From a virus (Duplodnaviria > Caudoviricetes), in IMG/VR virus record IMGVR_UViG_3300045534_000027, positions 1 through 46,160 of that record: a DNA stretch of 46,160 bases; one strand, written 5' to 3'. Numbering within the stretch: position 1 is the first letter of the stretch; the number at the start of each line of letters is the position of its first letter. A program made the position numbers and the translations under genes. A model generated the notes under the pieces. That model was not told where the DNA came from, did no database searches, and saw only the letters and a list, made by a program, of their open reading frames with translations. Shown here piece after piece: positions 1 to 10,700 of this stretch.

Positions 1-75
1 TTATATTATACAAAAACACTGAAAAGTATGCAAAATGTATACTATATTGTACGAAATTAACCTAAATAAGTAAAT

Positions 76-1293
76 ATGCTTAGAGACTATCAAGAGGACA
101 TATCAAAGAAGGCAAGCCATATCCTTAGAGACAAGGGTATGGTGTACCTCTGTATGTCCGTAAGAACTGGTAAGACGCTGACATCCTTAGAGACTGCCAG
201 ACTGTTCGGAGCTAAGAGAGTCTTATTCCTTACCAAGAAGAAGGCTATATCGTCCATCGAGTCTGACTACATTAACTTTGGGTACGACAAGCACTTCGAG
301 TTGTTCGTACATAATGACGAGTCTATGCACAAGATCGATGGTAAGTTCGACCTGGTGGTCCACGACGAGCACCACCGCTTCGGATCATTTCCAAAGCCAA
401 GTCTTGGGGCTAAGACGTACAAGAAGATGTTCGGTCACCTGCCCGCTATATTCCTGTCAGGCACGCCTAGCCCTGAGAACTATTCTCAGTTCTATCACCA
501 GTTCTGGTGCAGTCTATTCTCACCGTTCAAGGAGGTTAACTTCTACAAGTGGGCTGCTAACTACGTGAATATCAAGATGAAGCACCTAGGCTACGCACAG
601 GTCAAGGACTACACCGATGCTGATATCAACAAGATTATGAGTGTGATAAAGCCGTACATAATAACCTTCACCCAATCGCAGGCTGGCTTCACGTCTGAAA
701 TTGAGGAGGAGATCCTTAAGGTTAGGATGAAGAACTCTACGTACGAAATGTGCGACAGACTACGTAAGGACCTTGTGATAGAGGGTAAGAACCAGGTCAT
801 ACTTGCAGACACCTCTGTCAAGCTACAGCAGAAGCTACACCAGATGTACTCAGGCACCATTAAGTTTGAGAGCGGTGACTCTATGATCATAGATCTAAGC
901 AAGGCTGAGTTTATATCTTCTTACTTTAAGGATAAAAAAATTGGGATATTTTACAAGTTTGTGGAGGAACTTAACGCATTAAAGACTATCTTTGGCGACA
1001 GGTTGACTACAGATCTTGATGAGTTTAACGGGACCGACAAGTCAATAGCGCTTCAGATTGTATCTGGACGTGAGGGGATCTCTCTGAAGAACGCTGAATT
1101 CTTAGTGTTCTACAACATAGACTTCTCAGCCACGAGCTACTGGCAGGCTAGGGATCGAATGACGACCATTGACCGTAAGTTCAACAAGATCTACTGGGTG
1201 TTCTCCGAAGGAGGTATAGAGGAGAAGATCTATAAGTCGGTAATTAAAAAGAAATCATACACAACCAACCACTTTAAAAAGGATTACCTATGA
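76..1293 (+). CDS. SF2 (SNF2/ResIII-like) DNA helicase
   Basis: Q-motif LRDYQ, motif I RTGKT, motif II VVHDEHH, motif III LSGTP, motif V SGREGISL, motif VI QARDRM; VRR-NUC gene nearby as is common in phages. Confidence 0.9.
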   Translation: MLRDYQEDISKKASHILRDKGMVYLCMSVRTGKTLTSLETARLFGAKRVLFLTKKKAISSIESDYINFGYDKHFELFVHNDESMHKIDGKFDLVVHDEHHRFGSFPKPSLGAKTYKKMFGHLPAIFLSGTPSPENYSQFYHQFWCSLFSPFKEVNFYKWAANYVNIKMKHLGYAQVKDYTDADINKIMSVIKPYIITFTQSQAGFTSEIEEEILKVRMKNSTYEMCDRLRKDLVIEGKNQVILADTSVKLQQKLHQMYSGTIKFESGDSMIIDLSKAEFISSYFKDKKIGIFYKFVEELNALKTIFGDRLTTDLDEFNGTDKSIALQIVSGREGISLKNAEFLVFYNIDFSATSYWQARDRMTTIDRKFNKIYWVFSEGGIEEKIYKSVIKKKSYTTNHFKKDYL

Positions 1294-1700
1294 CACAGCA
1301 AGAAGAATTTATGGAGTTGATATCAACTCATCCTATTAAGAAATCAGACCTAGGGTTTCACGGTAACTTGTTTGGAGGAAAGTTACTAGCCTGGATGGAT
1401 GCATCAGCCGCTGCATTTGCGATGCAGGTTTGTGATACACCAAGAATGGTCACCGTGATGATTGATCAGTGTTCCTTTAAAAAACCTGCAAAGGAGGGGC
1501 AATTGATTAAGATTTATGGCAGAGTCTCTAAGGTAGGGAACACGTCCATAACAATTTATATGGAGGCTCGATCACACAGCGTTTATTCTGGACAACAAAA
1601 CACAATACTAGATACAAATATGAAGTTTGTAAGGATAGATGAGGGCGGAGACGCGATACCAATTTCAGGGAAAGTTAAACAAATATATAATAACCTATGA
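1290..1700 (+). CDS. HotDog-fold acyl-CoA thioesterase (YciA-like)
   Basis: DLGFHGNLFGGKLLAWMD signature, VTV-F-KP, VGNTSITI and FVRID motifs; ATGA overlaps with both neighbours. Confidence 0.9.
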   Translation: MTQQEEFMELISTHPIKKSDLGFHGNLFGGKLLAWMDASAAAFAMQVCDTPRMVTVMIDQCSFKKPAKEGQLIKIYGRVSKVGNTSITIYMEARSHSVYSGQQNTILDTNMKFVRIDEGGDAIPISGKVKQIYNNL

Positions 1701-1945
1701 AAGAAAAGTATATCAAAATGCGCAACACTGGTAAGTACGACCTTCAGTGGTTCTACGACTACTACAGACAGAACAGCGGTGATAGTATAGACATCAACAC
1801 GTTTGGTATGGTGTTCAACTCGGTAAATCTTGAGAATATACTTGAGCACATCGATAGGAAGTTTGGACTAACAAGGGTTTACGATAATAACAATAACTTT
1901 ATAAAGGCATATGAAGGAACAGCAGATACAGACAAAGAGGATTAA
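1697..1945 (+). CDS. hypothetical protein
   Basis: 82-aa ORF translationally coupled to both neighbours. Confidence 0.7.
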   Translation: MKEKYIKMRNTGKYDLQWFYDYYRQNSGDSIDINTFGMVFNSVNLENILEHIDRKFGLTRVYDNNNNFIKAYEGTADTDKED

Positions 1946-2150
1946 GCAGTTAGAGGCTGAAGGGTATTACGTATTAAAATTAATACGTGTAAATAAAACG
2001 GGTATACCAGACATTATAGCTTTAAAGGAAAACGAGATTCTATTCTCAGAGATTAAAACACCTAAGGGCAAGCTGTCTGAGATACAGAAGTACAGAATGA
2101 AAGAATTAGAGAGTTACGGATTTAAAACAGAACTATACAATGGAGAATAA
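1911..2150 (+). CDS. VRR-NUC / PD-(D/E)xK nuclease (Holliday junction resolvase-like)
   Basis: MKEQQIQ, GIPDII, FSEIKTPKGKLSEIQ motifs. Confidence 0.88.
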   Translation: MKEQQIQTKRIKQLEAEGYYVLKLIRVNKTGIPDIIALKENEILFSEIKTPKGKLSEIQKYRMKELESYGFKTELYNGE

Positions 2151-2604
2151 TATAAATGAACTAATAAAAATTATGGAGTTTGAATATAATGTAGACATAT
2201 TCAACAGTAACAGGACGCAGGATTGTGTCGAGGCTAGGGCTATATTTTCAAAGATTATGTACTCGTATCATCATATGGGATACACAAAGATCGGAAGGAT
2301 GCTTGGCAAGAACCACGCCACAATATACCACTACATCAAGAACTTTGATTCTTGGATGAAGTATGACGACAGGCTTAGAAACAAGTACTTTAACGTTTTA
2401 AACGTTTACTCTAAGGGATTGGAGATAAAGGACATAAACGAGACCAACAAGGTCTGGTACGATAATATAGTTTTATCAACAAAAGTTGAGAAGCTTGAGA
2501 ATAAACTGCAGTCTGGCTTGCACGCGCTTGTTGACAAGGTTCCAGCGGACAAGGTTTCTATAGTTTACGAGAGGCTTGAATCAATAATCAAGATGAACTG
2601 TTAA
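2140..2604 (+). CDS. DnaA C-terminal (domain IV)-like HTH DNA-binding protein
   Basis: SNRTQDCVEARAI...YTKIGRMLGKNHATIYH resembles the DnaA domain IV pattern R...IG..F.RDHTTV. Confidence 0.75.
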   Translation: MENNINELIKIMEFEYNVDIFNSNRTQDCVEARAIFSKIMYSYHHMGYTKIGRMLGKNHATIYHYIKNFDSWMKYDDRLRNKYFNVLNVYSKGLEIKDINETNKVWYDNIVLSTKVEKLENKLQSGLHALVDKVPADKVSIVYERLESIIKMNC

Positions 2605-2610
2605 TAACTT

Positions 2611-2640
2611 TTTACGTCATAAATTAATTTATGACATAAA
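2611..2640. promoter_or_regulatory. 30-bp near-perfect palindrome (candidate operator or cruciform)
   Basis: TTTACGTCATAAATTAATTTATGACATAAA; perfect 20-bp core GTCATAAATTAATTTATGAC at 2616-2635; intergenic. Confidence 0.55.
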
Positions 2641-2661
2641 TTGCAATAAAAAACACACAAA

Positions 2662-2829
2662 ATGAGTAATACAGCCCACGTTAACTCGGTTATGAAGTCA
2701 ATCAACTTGTACACCGACAACATCTATGAGAGCCTTATGGATGGAGACAGAGATGAATTGAACAGAAGCATCTACCTACTAACAGCTCTGCTTAAGGAAG
2801 TACAGCAGACATTTAAAGAAGAAATATAA
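2662..2829 (+). CDS. small hypothetical protein (55 aa, not in ORF track)
   Basis: MSNTAHVNSVMKSINLYTDNIYESLMDG...FKEEI*; TAATG overlap with the next gene. Confidence 0.75.
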   Translation: MSNTAHVNSVMKSINLYTDNIYESLMDGDRDELNRSIYLLTALLKEVQQTFKEEI

Positions 2830-4049
2830 TGAAACACAACTATCCAATTGAGATGCAGGAGAGGGTTCTCTCTCTTGTGTCCGAGGGGTTATCTATAACT
2901 GCCGCCTCAAGGGAGGCGTGCAAGGAGTATAGTTACCCTTACGAAGACTCTATTAGGAGACACTTCTCAAACCATATAAACAAGGTGAACGAAACCACAG
3001 AGAACATCACCTACACTGACACTAATCAGTACGAGGTTGATTCTCAGCTATCTGCCAGAAAGTCAGACGGAACTCTGATGAACATTGAGGAGTACTGTAA
3101 CACATACGGAATACCCTTCGAGCAAGTTAGGACATATAAGTTAGTCACTCACACTGGAGATGCAAAATATAATATTGCTAGTAACGTTATAAAGAATGAG
3201 TCGTTAGAAAATTTACACGAATTATTTTTAAATGATTTAAAGTCTTACGCTCCTAAGTACAATACGTATAAGAGGCAAGAATATATTGACGGTCACTTAC
3301 TAATAGTAGATCCAGCAGACGTTCATATTGGTAAGTTATGCAGCTCGTTTGAGGTTGGTGAAAGTTACAATAATCAAATAGCAGTTAAAAGAGTTATGGA
3401 CGGTGTTGACGGAATATTAAGTAAGGTCAATAGCTTTAATATTGATAAGATATTATTTGTTATTGGTAACGATATATTACATATTGATAATCCAAAGAGA
3501 ACCACTACAAGCGGAACTCCACAAGACACTGATGGAATGTGGTACGATAACTTCTTGATAGCTAAACAGTTGTATGTAGATATTATTGAAAAGTTAATGT
3601 GCGTTGCTGACGTAGATGTGGTATTTAATCCATCTAATCACGACTACACTAACGGATTCTTTTTAGCTCAACTTATAGAAACTCACTTTAGAAATTGTGA
3701 TAACGTAAAGTTTGATTGTAGTATTTCACATCGTAAATATTTTACTTATGGTAAGAATTTAATAGGCACTACTCACGGAGATGGAGCAAAACAACAAGAC
3801 TTACCTCTGTTAATGGCTCACGAAAGTAAGGACTGGGTTAATTGCAAGCACAAGTACTTTTACATACATCACTTTCACCACAAGATAAGTAAGGATTATA
3901 TGAGTGTTTGTGTTGAAGCCTTGAGAACTCCTAGTGGTACAGACAGTTGGCACAGCCGTAATGGATACGAGCACGCGCCAAAAGCAGTTGAAGCGTTTAT
4001 TCACGATAAAAACAACGGGCAGATCGCCAGAATAACACATTTATTTTAA
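2829..4049 (+). CDS. calcineurin-like metallophosphoesterase with N-terminal HTH-like region
   Basis: DxH (DVHIG), GNDxxH, SNHD, THGD and HFHH metal-binding motifs. Confidence 0.85.
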   Translation: MKHNYPIEMQERVLSLVSEGLSITAASREACKEYSYPYEDSIRRHFSNHINKVNETTENITYTDTNQYEVDSQLSARKSDGTLMNIEEYCNTYGIPFEQVRTYKLVTHTGDAKYNIASNVIKNESLENLHELFLNDLKSYAPKYNTYKRQEYIDGHLLIVDPADVHIGKLCSSFEVGESYNNQIAVKRVMDGVDGILSKVNSFNIDKILFVIGNDILHIDNPKRTTTSGTPQDTDGMWYDNFLIAKQLYVDIIEKLMCVADVDVVFNPSNHDYTNGFFLAQLIETHFRNCDNVKFDCSISHRKYFTYGKNLIGTTHGDGAKQQDLPLLMAHESKDWVNCKHKYFYIHHFHHKISKDYMSVCVEALRTPSGTDSWHSRNGYEHAPKAVEAFIHDKNNGQIARITHLF

Positions 4050-4055
4050 ATAATT

Positions 4056-4565
4056 ATGACATATTTAGACGAACACATCAGAGACATAGTGGTAAACGAA
4101 CCACAAGTGTTAGAGTTTCCTAAGCTAACTGGAGACTCAATAGTAAACAACGTAATACAGAGCTTTATAGAGCGTTCTAACGTAGGATTTAAGAAGTACG
4201 GCACCAACTTAGATAGAAAGGATTTAAGTGTCTTAGACTGGCTGAATCATCTTCAGCAGGAAATGCAAGACGGAATACTTTACGCAGAAAAATTAAAAGA
4301 GTATATGCCTGCGCAGAGTCAAAATGTAATGGTTATTCAAGAGATAGATCTTTCTGATAATGAAGCTATAGTTATAGCTATTGCTTCTGATAGAAAAAAT
4401 GCCTTAAGAATTATTGAAGAGTATTACGGAAAGGAGTATACCATGTCAAACTTTAGAGACATTAGAGATAGTGGACTAGATTTTACAGCAGAAATTAATT
4501 TCTCTGGTAGTCCTGAAGTTAGGTATCGTATTTGGGGACAAGATTTTAACATAAACGTAATTTAA
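4056..4565 (+). CDS. hypothetical protein; N-terminal all-alpha domain possibly NTP-pyrophosphatase-like, fused to a second small domain
   Basis: ERSNVGFKKYGTNLDR...WLNHLQQEMQDGILY is a common phage motif; function inferred. Confidence 0.5.
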   Translation: MTYLDEHIRDIVVNEPQVLEFPKLTGDSIVNNVIQSFIERSNVGFKKYGTNLDRKDLSVLDWLNHLQQEMQDGILYAEKLKEYMPAQSQNVMVIQEIDLSDNEAIVIAIASDRKNALRIIEEYYGKEYTMSNFRDIRDSGLDFTAEINFSGSPEVRYRIWGQDFNINVI

Positions 4566-4567
4566 CA

Positions 4568-4711
4568 ATGGGTAGAAAGGCACAAACAATAACCCCGATG
4601 CAGAGGATAAAGATAGTGATGAACTACCTTCATTTGCGTGGCGGAAATAAGGAATCTGTCAATTCAGTATATAGGAATATACTGAAAGAAAAATTTAAGG
4701 GAGCTATTTAG
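4568..4711 (+). CDS. small basic hypothetical protein (47 aa, not in ORF track)
   Basis: MGRKAQTITPMQRIKIVMNYLHLRGGNKESVNSVYRNILKEKFKGAI*; starts 2 nt after the upstream stop. Confidence 0.65.
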   Translation: MGRKAQTITPMQRIKIVMNYLHLRGGNKESVNSVYRNILKEKFKGAI

Positions 4712-4722
4712 CTCCCTTTTTT
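4697..4722. terminator. intrinsic terminator hairpin at the convergence of the two gene blocks
   Basis: AAGGGAGCT-ATTT-AGCTCCCTT followed by a T-run on the + strand. Confidence 0.8.
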
Positions 4723-7700
4723 AATGACTCTCTACCCCTTAACATCTGGTTGTATATCTTCTCTCCGTACTTGGCTCTAAATTCAGCGTCGGTCAATTTT
4801 ACTTGCTTTTGTTTCATATCTGGAATCTCACCGTACCATAGGTCATTTACAACTCCCTTCCCTATCCCTTCCATAGCGTCATCTATAACCCTATCCTCCA
4901 CACCAAAGAATGAGGCAGCCTTCATATTATCCATTATAGACTTATACATTTCTTTCTGTGCTGAATTTGCTTGGTTGTAGTTAGACTCTAACTCTTCAGC
5001 GGTCATCTTTCCATCCTCAAACTTATAGAACGCTGAGTTATATAATCTCTTAGCCTCTCTAATATCGTCCTTAGATTTGTTCATCTTAAACCCTAACTGT
5101 TGCCCTACATCTATAGTTATAACCTTATATCCAGTTAGCTGTCCAGCAAGCTCGTTACCTACGTTCTCTGCCTGAGCTATCTTTCTTGCAGATGTTAAAC
5201 TTCCAGGTTCTAATACCTTGTAAAATCTTTCTGCTACTGCGTTGATCTTGTTTACATTGGTGTCAGCATCATTGTACAGCTTACCTCCGTATGAGTTCTC
5301 GTTATTATTAATATCTGTTATAGCCTCAAGAAGCATATCCTTCTTAACAAACGGTCCAAGTATCTCTGACATTCCATTTGTAAAAGACTCCACAGCACCA
5401 TCTCCAGCCATAAATGAGTTGTAAGCCTTCTTAATACCACCGTGTGGATCTGATGCGCTAAAGTCTACGTAGGAGAACTTACCGTTTCCGTATTCAACAA
5501 GTGCCAGATCTGATTTCTTTGACCACTCTGGAACGAACTCTCTTACGTTCTTGTTTAATTTATCTTCCTCATCATCGTCATCTCCTCCTCTAAGAACGGT
5601 TCCTATAGCTGTCATAAGTCCAAACTTAACAGACTGAGAGAACGCTATTCCTGCTAGCCTTTTGGCTCCTATAGCCTTTATTTTCTTGTTGCTAGAACTA
5701 AGCTCGTCAAATGCTAGAGCCACTGTGTTCCACGCTGTCCTGTAAGCCTCTGCCTGGAACGATATAAACGTACCAGTCACAGGAGCTATTTTTATAAGCT
5801 TAACTAGACCAGGGATCCTAGCGTAGTTTGGAAGAACGTTCTTAGTATTCTCAGCGGCAATATTACTCACCATAATCTTCTGGTCTTCGGTTAACTGGTC
5901 AAATGGTTTCTGAAATTCAGCGTTAGAGTATCTATCCTTCTCGCTCTCGTATGACACGATCTTGTAGAAGTCATCCTCCAGTTGATATGCCGTGTTTAAC
6001 TTAGTGATAACCCATCTAGCTGCCTTCTTAGCTTTTTCTAAAGGGTTCTTCTTCAACCTGTTCTCTATAGCTGTATCAAAGTCTGCGTCAGAGAACATAG
6101 ACTTTATCTCTCCAAGTGCGGCACTCTGATCTATAATTCCAGCACGAATGTACTCGTCTAACTTATCTCTAAGCTGCTCATTACTTGAGTTCCTAAGTAC
6201 ATTGAATGCCTCACCATACTTCTTATAGTTGAAGTAACCGTTAGAAAGCATAAACCAGATGTTACCAGTGACGTTCTTAAAATGAGTGGCTACAGACGCT
6301 ATAGTCTTGTTCCACTTTACTACAGACAGCAGCTTCATATAATTTGTATACAAACTTACCACTGAAGATGCTACGTTTGGACCTACAAATCCCTCTATAA
6401 ACTTCTCTGCACTTATACTAGTCTTGAATGCGTCTGCTATCTCTTTAGTAGTGAAAAGACCGTTAAGAGGGTTCATTGTCTCGCTACCCTCTCCAGCTAT
6501 TTGAACATTAAACTCTGAAGGTTTGTTTATGTCCCCCTCCTTAAAGAAGAAGACTCCCATACCAGCATCTCTAGCAGACTGCAAGAATCTAGCGTTCTCA
6601 GCAAGAGTGGCAATCTTAATAACTGTCCTTGCGTAGTTCTGAGATGCGTCAGTGTACTCACCCATTAACTGTCTTATTGATAGTGGTATGTCCAGACGTT
6701 GCTTCATAATAGATAAATCCTTAGATCCAGTCTTACCAATTCCTAAGAATGTAGCGGCAGACTCTCCACTTATTAACTCATCTATCTTGTCGTTTATAAA
6801 CTTCTCAAGTATTATATCTGCATCCATACCAGTCTGCTTAGCCTTAGCCTCAGCACTAGCCCTGTACATATTTCTTAGGTCAACCCTAGCAGCCTCCTTC
6901 ATCTCCTCTGTAACCTGCTTAGCCCAGTTCTTCTTGTCGAATACCTGGTAGGACCTATTTATGTACTGACCTAAGTTTGCAGCTATAGTCTCAGCCTGGC
7001 TTACAGTAACTGCACCTGTTCTAAGTAGCATCTGAGATAGGTTGTCTATGTGCATACGCATCTTTCCAGCGACAGCCTTAAACTCATCAGGCAGCACAGC
7101 AGTCTGATCACCCCTTAGGTACCTATCGAACTCATCATTTAAAGCATTTAAATCCCCTTTATATCCCTTAACAAGTTTGTTAAAGTCATCAACTAGGTAT
7201 GAAGCCCTCTTAGCCTCAGCCTTTATGTTTGCCTCTATGCCTTCCTTAAGTATAAATACAGACTTAGGTAGGAATGACTTAGCCGATAGAGCCCTTCTCT
7301 TTACCTGGTCTAGGAATGTGACGATCTTATTTCTACCCTCCTTAGTAAACACGCTGTCTTCCTTTCTTAGTTTTTCAGCGGTAACCTTATTGTACCTAAG
7401 TATAGCGTTTGTAGCCTGTTCCCTTGTGTACCCCTTACCAACTAGGTAGTCAGCTATCTCCTTGTCGTTAAATCCTTTTCTCTTTGCAGTCTCAACAGCA
7501 GTGTCTATAGGACTCTTCTGTCTTCTTCCAGAGACAAACTTAGGCATAACACCATTCTTCAATGACGAGGCAGCCTCTCTAAACTGCTCGGCAGTTAGCT
7601 TCATAGGATTCAGTCCGTCACCACCAGTCTTAACATTCTCAAACGTATCCAGATCAAATAGAGACTCCTGTCCAATAATAGCACCAAACTCAAGGGCAAC

Positions 7701-10700
7701 CTCTCTGTGCTCTCTAGGGATAACTATATTCATATCCACAGATACATCTACTTTTTTTGGGAATTTGTATATACCTAGCTTAACCATAGTCTCATCTCCA
7801 ACGCTGTCCTCGTTCTCCTTTGCAAAGTCTCCAATCATCTCAGGAGATAGCTTCTCTTGAGTTGTGTTTCCTTCTATAGAGTTTAAAGGCACCACAAGAC
7901 CACCACCCTCGTACTTCGTTCCGTCTAGGTTAAACGTAGCTCCATCCTCGGCATTTATTGGAAGAGCCTTAACCCTTTCAACCTCTGCCTTAGTGTTTTT
8001 AGCTATAGCCTTAGCGTCTACCTGTTTCCTACCTTCAATATTAATTGCTTCTGCTTTTTTAATTTGTTTTGGATCAAATACTACATATTGTCCTCCTTTA
8101 TATCCAAAATCACCTGTTGACTTAGCTATAAACCCATCTGTATTAGGTTCATAATTTTTAGGTATGTCTTTTGCATCAATAGCATCTACTATTGTTGGAT
8201 TTTTCATATCTAAATATGCACTATGTATCTTAGCGTATTTAAAATATTTTTCAGGGAAAGGATCTCCTGTGCTTAATAATTCTTCAGGTATATCACTATA
8301 ATCATCACCTCTTTTATCTCTTTCAAATACTTCAGCTTGATGAGCAAAAAATTCAGCAAAATCTTTATTTTCTGTAAAATAAATACCCTTATCGTTTTTA
8401 TTTTGAGATGGGTTAAAATCATCAAACTTTATTCCTCCGTGATATACTAAAAGTGGAGCTCCTGTATTATCAATTGCTTTTGTATCTTTTAATTCAGGAT
8501 ATATATTTAATATTTTTTCTTTCTGTCTTCTACCAGACATCCTAGCCCCTGGCTCGTAAGCCAAAGCCTCAGCGTATGCGTCCTTCATCTCTTGAGATAT
8601 GTCTGAGCTTTCGATCATATCTGTTATCTTATCCTGAGATAATTTAGGGAAGTCCTCAGCTAGGCTGTATAGGCTGTCGTATCTATTCTTTGAGTTCCTC
8701 TCAGCGTTTATCTTTTGGTACACATCCTTCAGCTTAGCCTCCTTAGATGTAGGTATTACAGGTTCAAATCCCTTTGTTGAGTTTGACTCGTAGTCCTCTT
8801 GGAATGGTTTTGATATAACATTACCGTCCATAACCTGCGTGTCCACAGGCTTAAGAGCCTTAGTAGACTGTGCTCTGCTCATATCGTTCCACTCTGCAAC
8901 GGTCATATCATACCCAGCCTTCTCGGCTAGCTTGGTTATGTACGCAAGCTGATCGTTCGCTGTGAACGGAAGGTCTGGATGCTTAGCCTTGAACATCTCC
9001 TTAGCTTTGTCGTATAGATTATCTGGATCTGTATTGAAGTCGTACACCTTGTCCATAGGGACCTTGATCATATACTTGTCTCCAGACACGTTTGACTCTT
9101 GGTACTCAGGCATAGTGTAGAACTGAGACATCCCTCCGACTCTGCCCATAGCTGCGATCTCTGGCTTTGACGTTATCGCTCCCTTGTTCGATCCGTACTT
9201 CTTAGGATCTATAGCCTTTATCCCTCTTGGACCAAAGTGATAGAATACAAAGTTACCCTTTCCATCCTCCGTCATATTGGCATAGTTGGATGAGTTCTCT
9301 GGAGAGATTTGTTTTCTGCCTTTTACTTTGTCTTTAGAGGTTTCTTTTGCCTCTTCATTAGCTATCTCTATACCTTTATTCAAGCCATCAGATACATATG
9401 CGGCATCTTCATTAGCTCCAAGCATCTCGTAAAGCCTCTTCTCAAAATCCCAAATTCTTTCTTGAACCATAGCTGGAGATGTACCTAAATTATTAGCCAC
9501 AATCTTAAACGCCTTATCAGCAAGCTCTCTCTTTCTCTTTCCCTCCTTTGTAGACTCAGCCCAAGGTGTCTTTATCGCACTCTCCTTGCCTGTCTCTTTA
9601 TCTATACCAACTAACTTTTCACCAGAGAGTCTTGCCATAGTTCTAGCGTACCACATATCTTTTGTTACGGTAGAAAAATTTCCAAATCTGTTAAGTATAT
9701 ACGATCCTAACTTAGCCCCAGTCATACCAAAGACTCCTATACCTCCATCTTCTTTAGACAGGTACTCATTCTCCTTGGTTGCTTTTGGTCCGCTCAATGG
9801 ATATCCAAACATATCAGATATATCTTTAAATGAGTGCTTGGATGTCATCCAGTCCATAGCTTTTTTTAAGTCGCCATTATTCTTGTCCAGTATAGCTTGA
9901 AATTTTTCTATACCAGTCTGAGAGTACGCTGGAGTAACCTTGCTTCTTATAGGATTTCCTTTAGAGTCTAACTTAGGTATCCCTATGTCTACTCTTTTTT
10001 TATTTGGAAGTGTCTCCCATACAGTTGCCATCTTGTCTGAATACCCAGACAGCTCTCCTGTCTTCATATATCTATTGAATATATAAAAACCTTTCCAAGA
10101 GTCCATATATGGATTTGCAGACGGAGATGCAAACGCACTAACAAGATGAAACAGCTTCACCTCCTCATCTTTAAGTTCTCTTCCGTAATTTTCCTTTGCG
10201 TATTTTTGAAGGGTTGGGTTTGCTTTTTTTGCTATATCCTCATCGTAAAACGACACGTATTTATCTCCCTGAACCTTGCTCCACGCATTTAACTCTGCAG
10301 ATATGTGGTTCACAAACTCCTTTACAACAACATCATCTGACACATCTTTAATGTCTTTATCGAAAAGTTTATTTTCATTCGCCCAAATATCTAAGAAATT
10401 TGCAACATCCTTTGTAGATGATAGTTTTGGTTTTGTATCTGTCAAGAATAGATCTTCAGCTTGTCTTCTTTTTCTTTTGCCTGACAAAGTATTCTCTTCT
10501 AGTATTTTATTTTTTCCTAAGACTTTACCAACATCTCCCTCAGTAATCTCTTGACCATACGCAACCTTAGTAGCTATGGCATTCATAAAGTCTAAAACCT
10601 GCTTATCTGTGAACGGCTTCATCTTAAGCATCACGGCAATCTTTTCAAGCCACTTCTGAATAATATTCTTAGAAACGTCTGGAAGAGTCTCGTACTCTGA

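Noticed and set aside
6075-6089. DADFD in the giant protein, resembling the RNA polymerase NADFDGD motif (virion RNAP idea)
   Set aside because: It reads DADFDTA, so the third catalytic Asp is missing, and I recognise no other polymerase motifs
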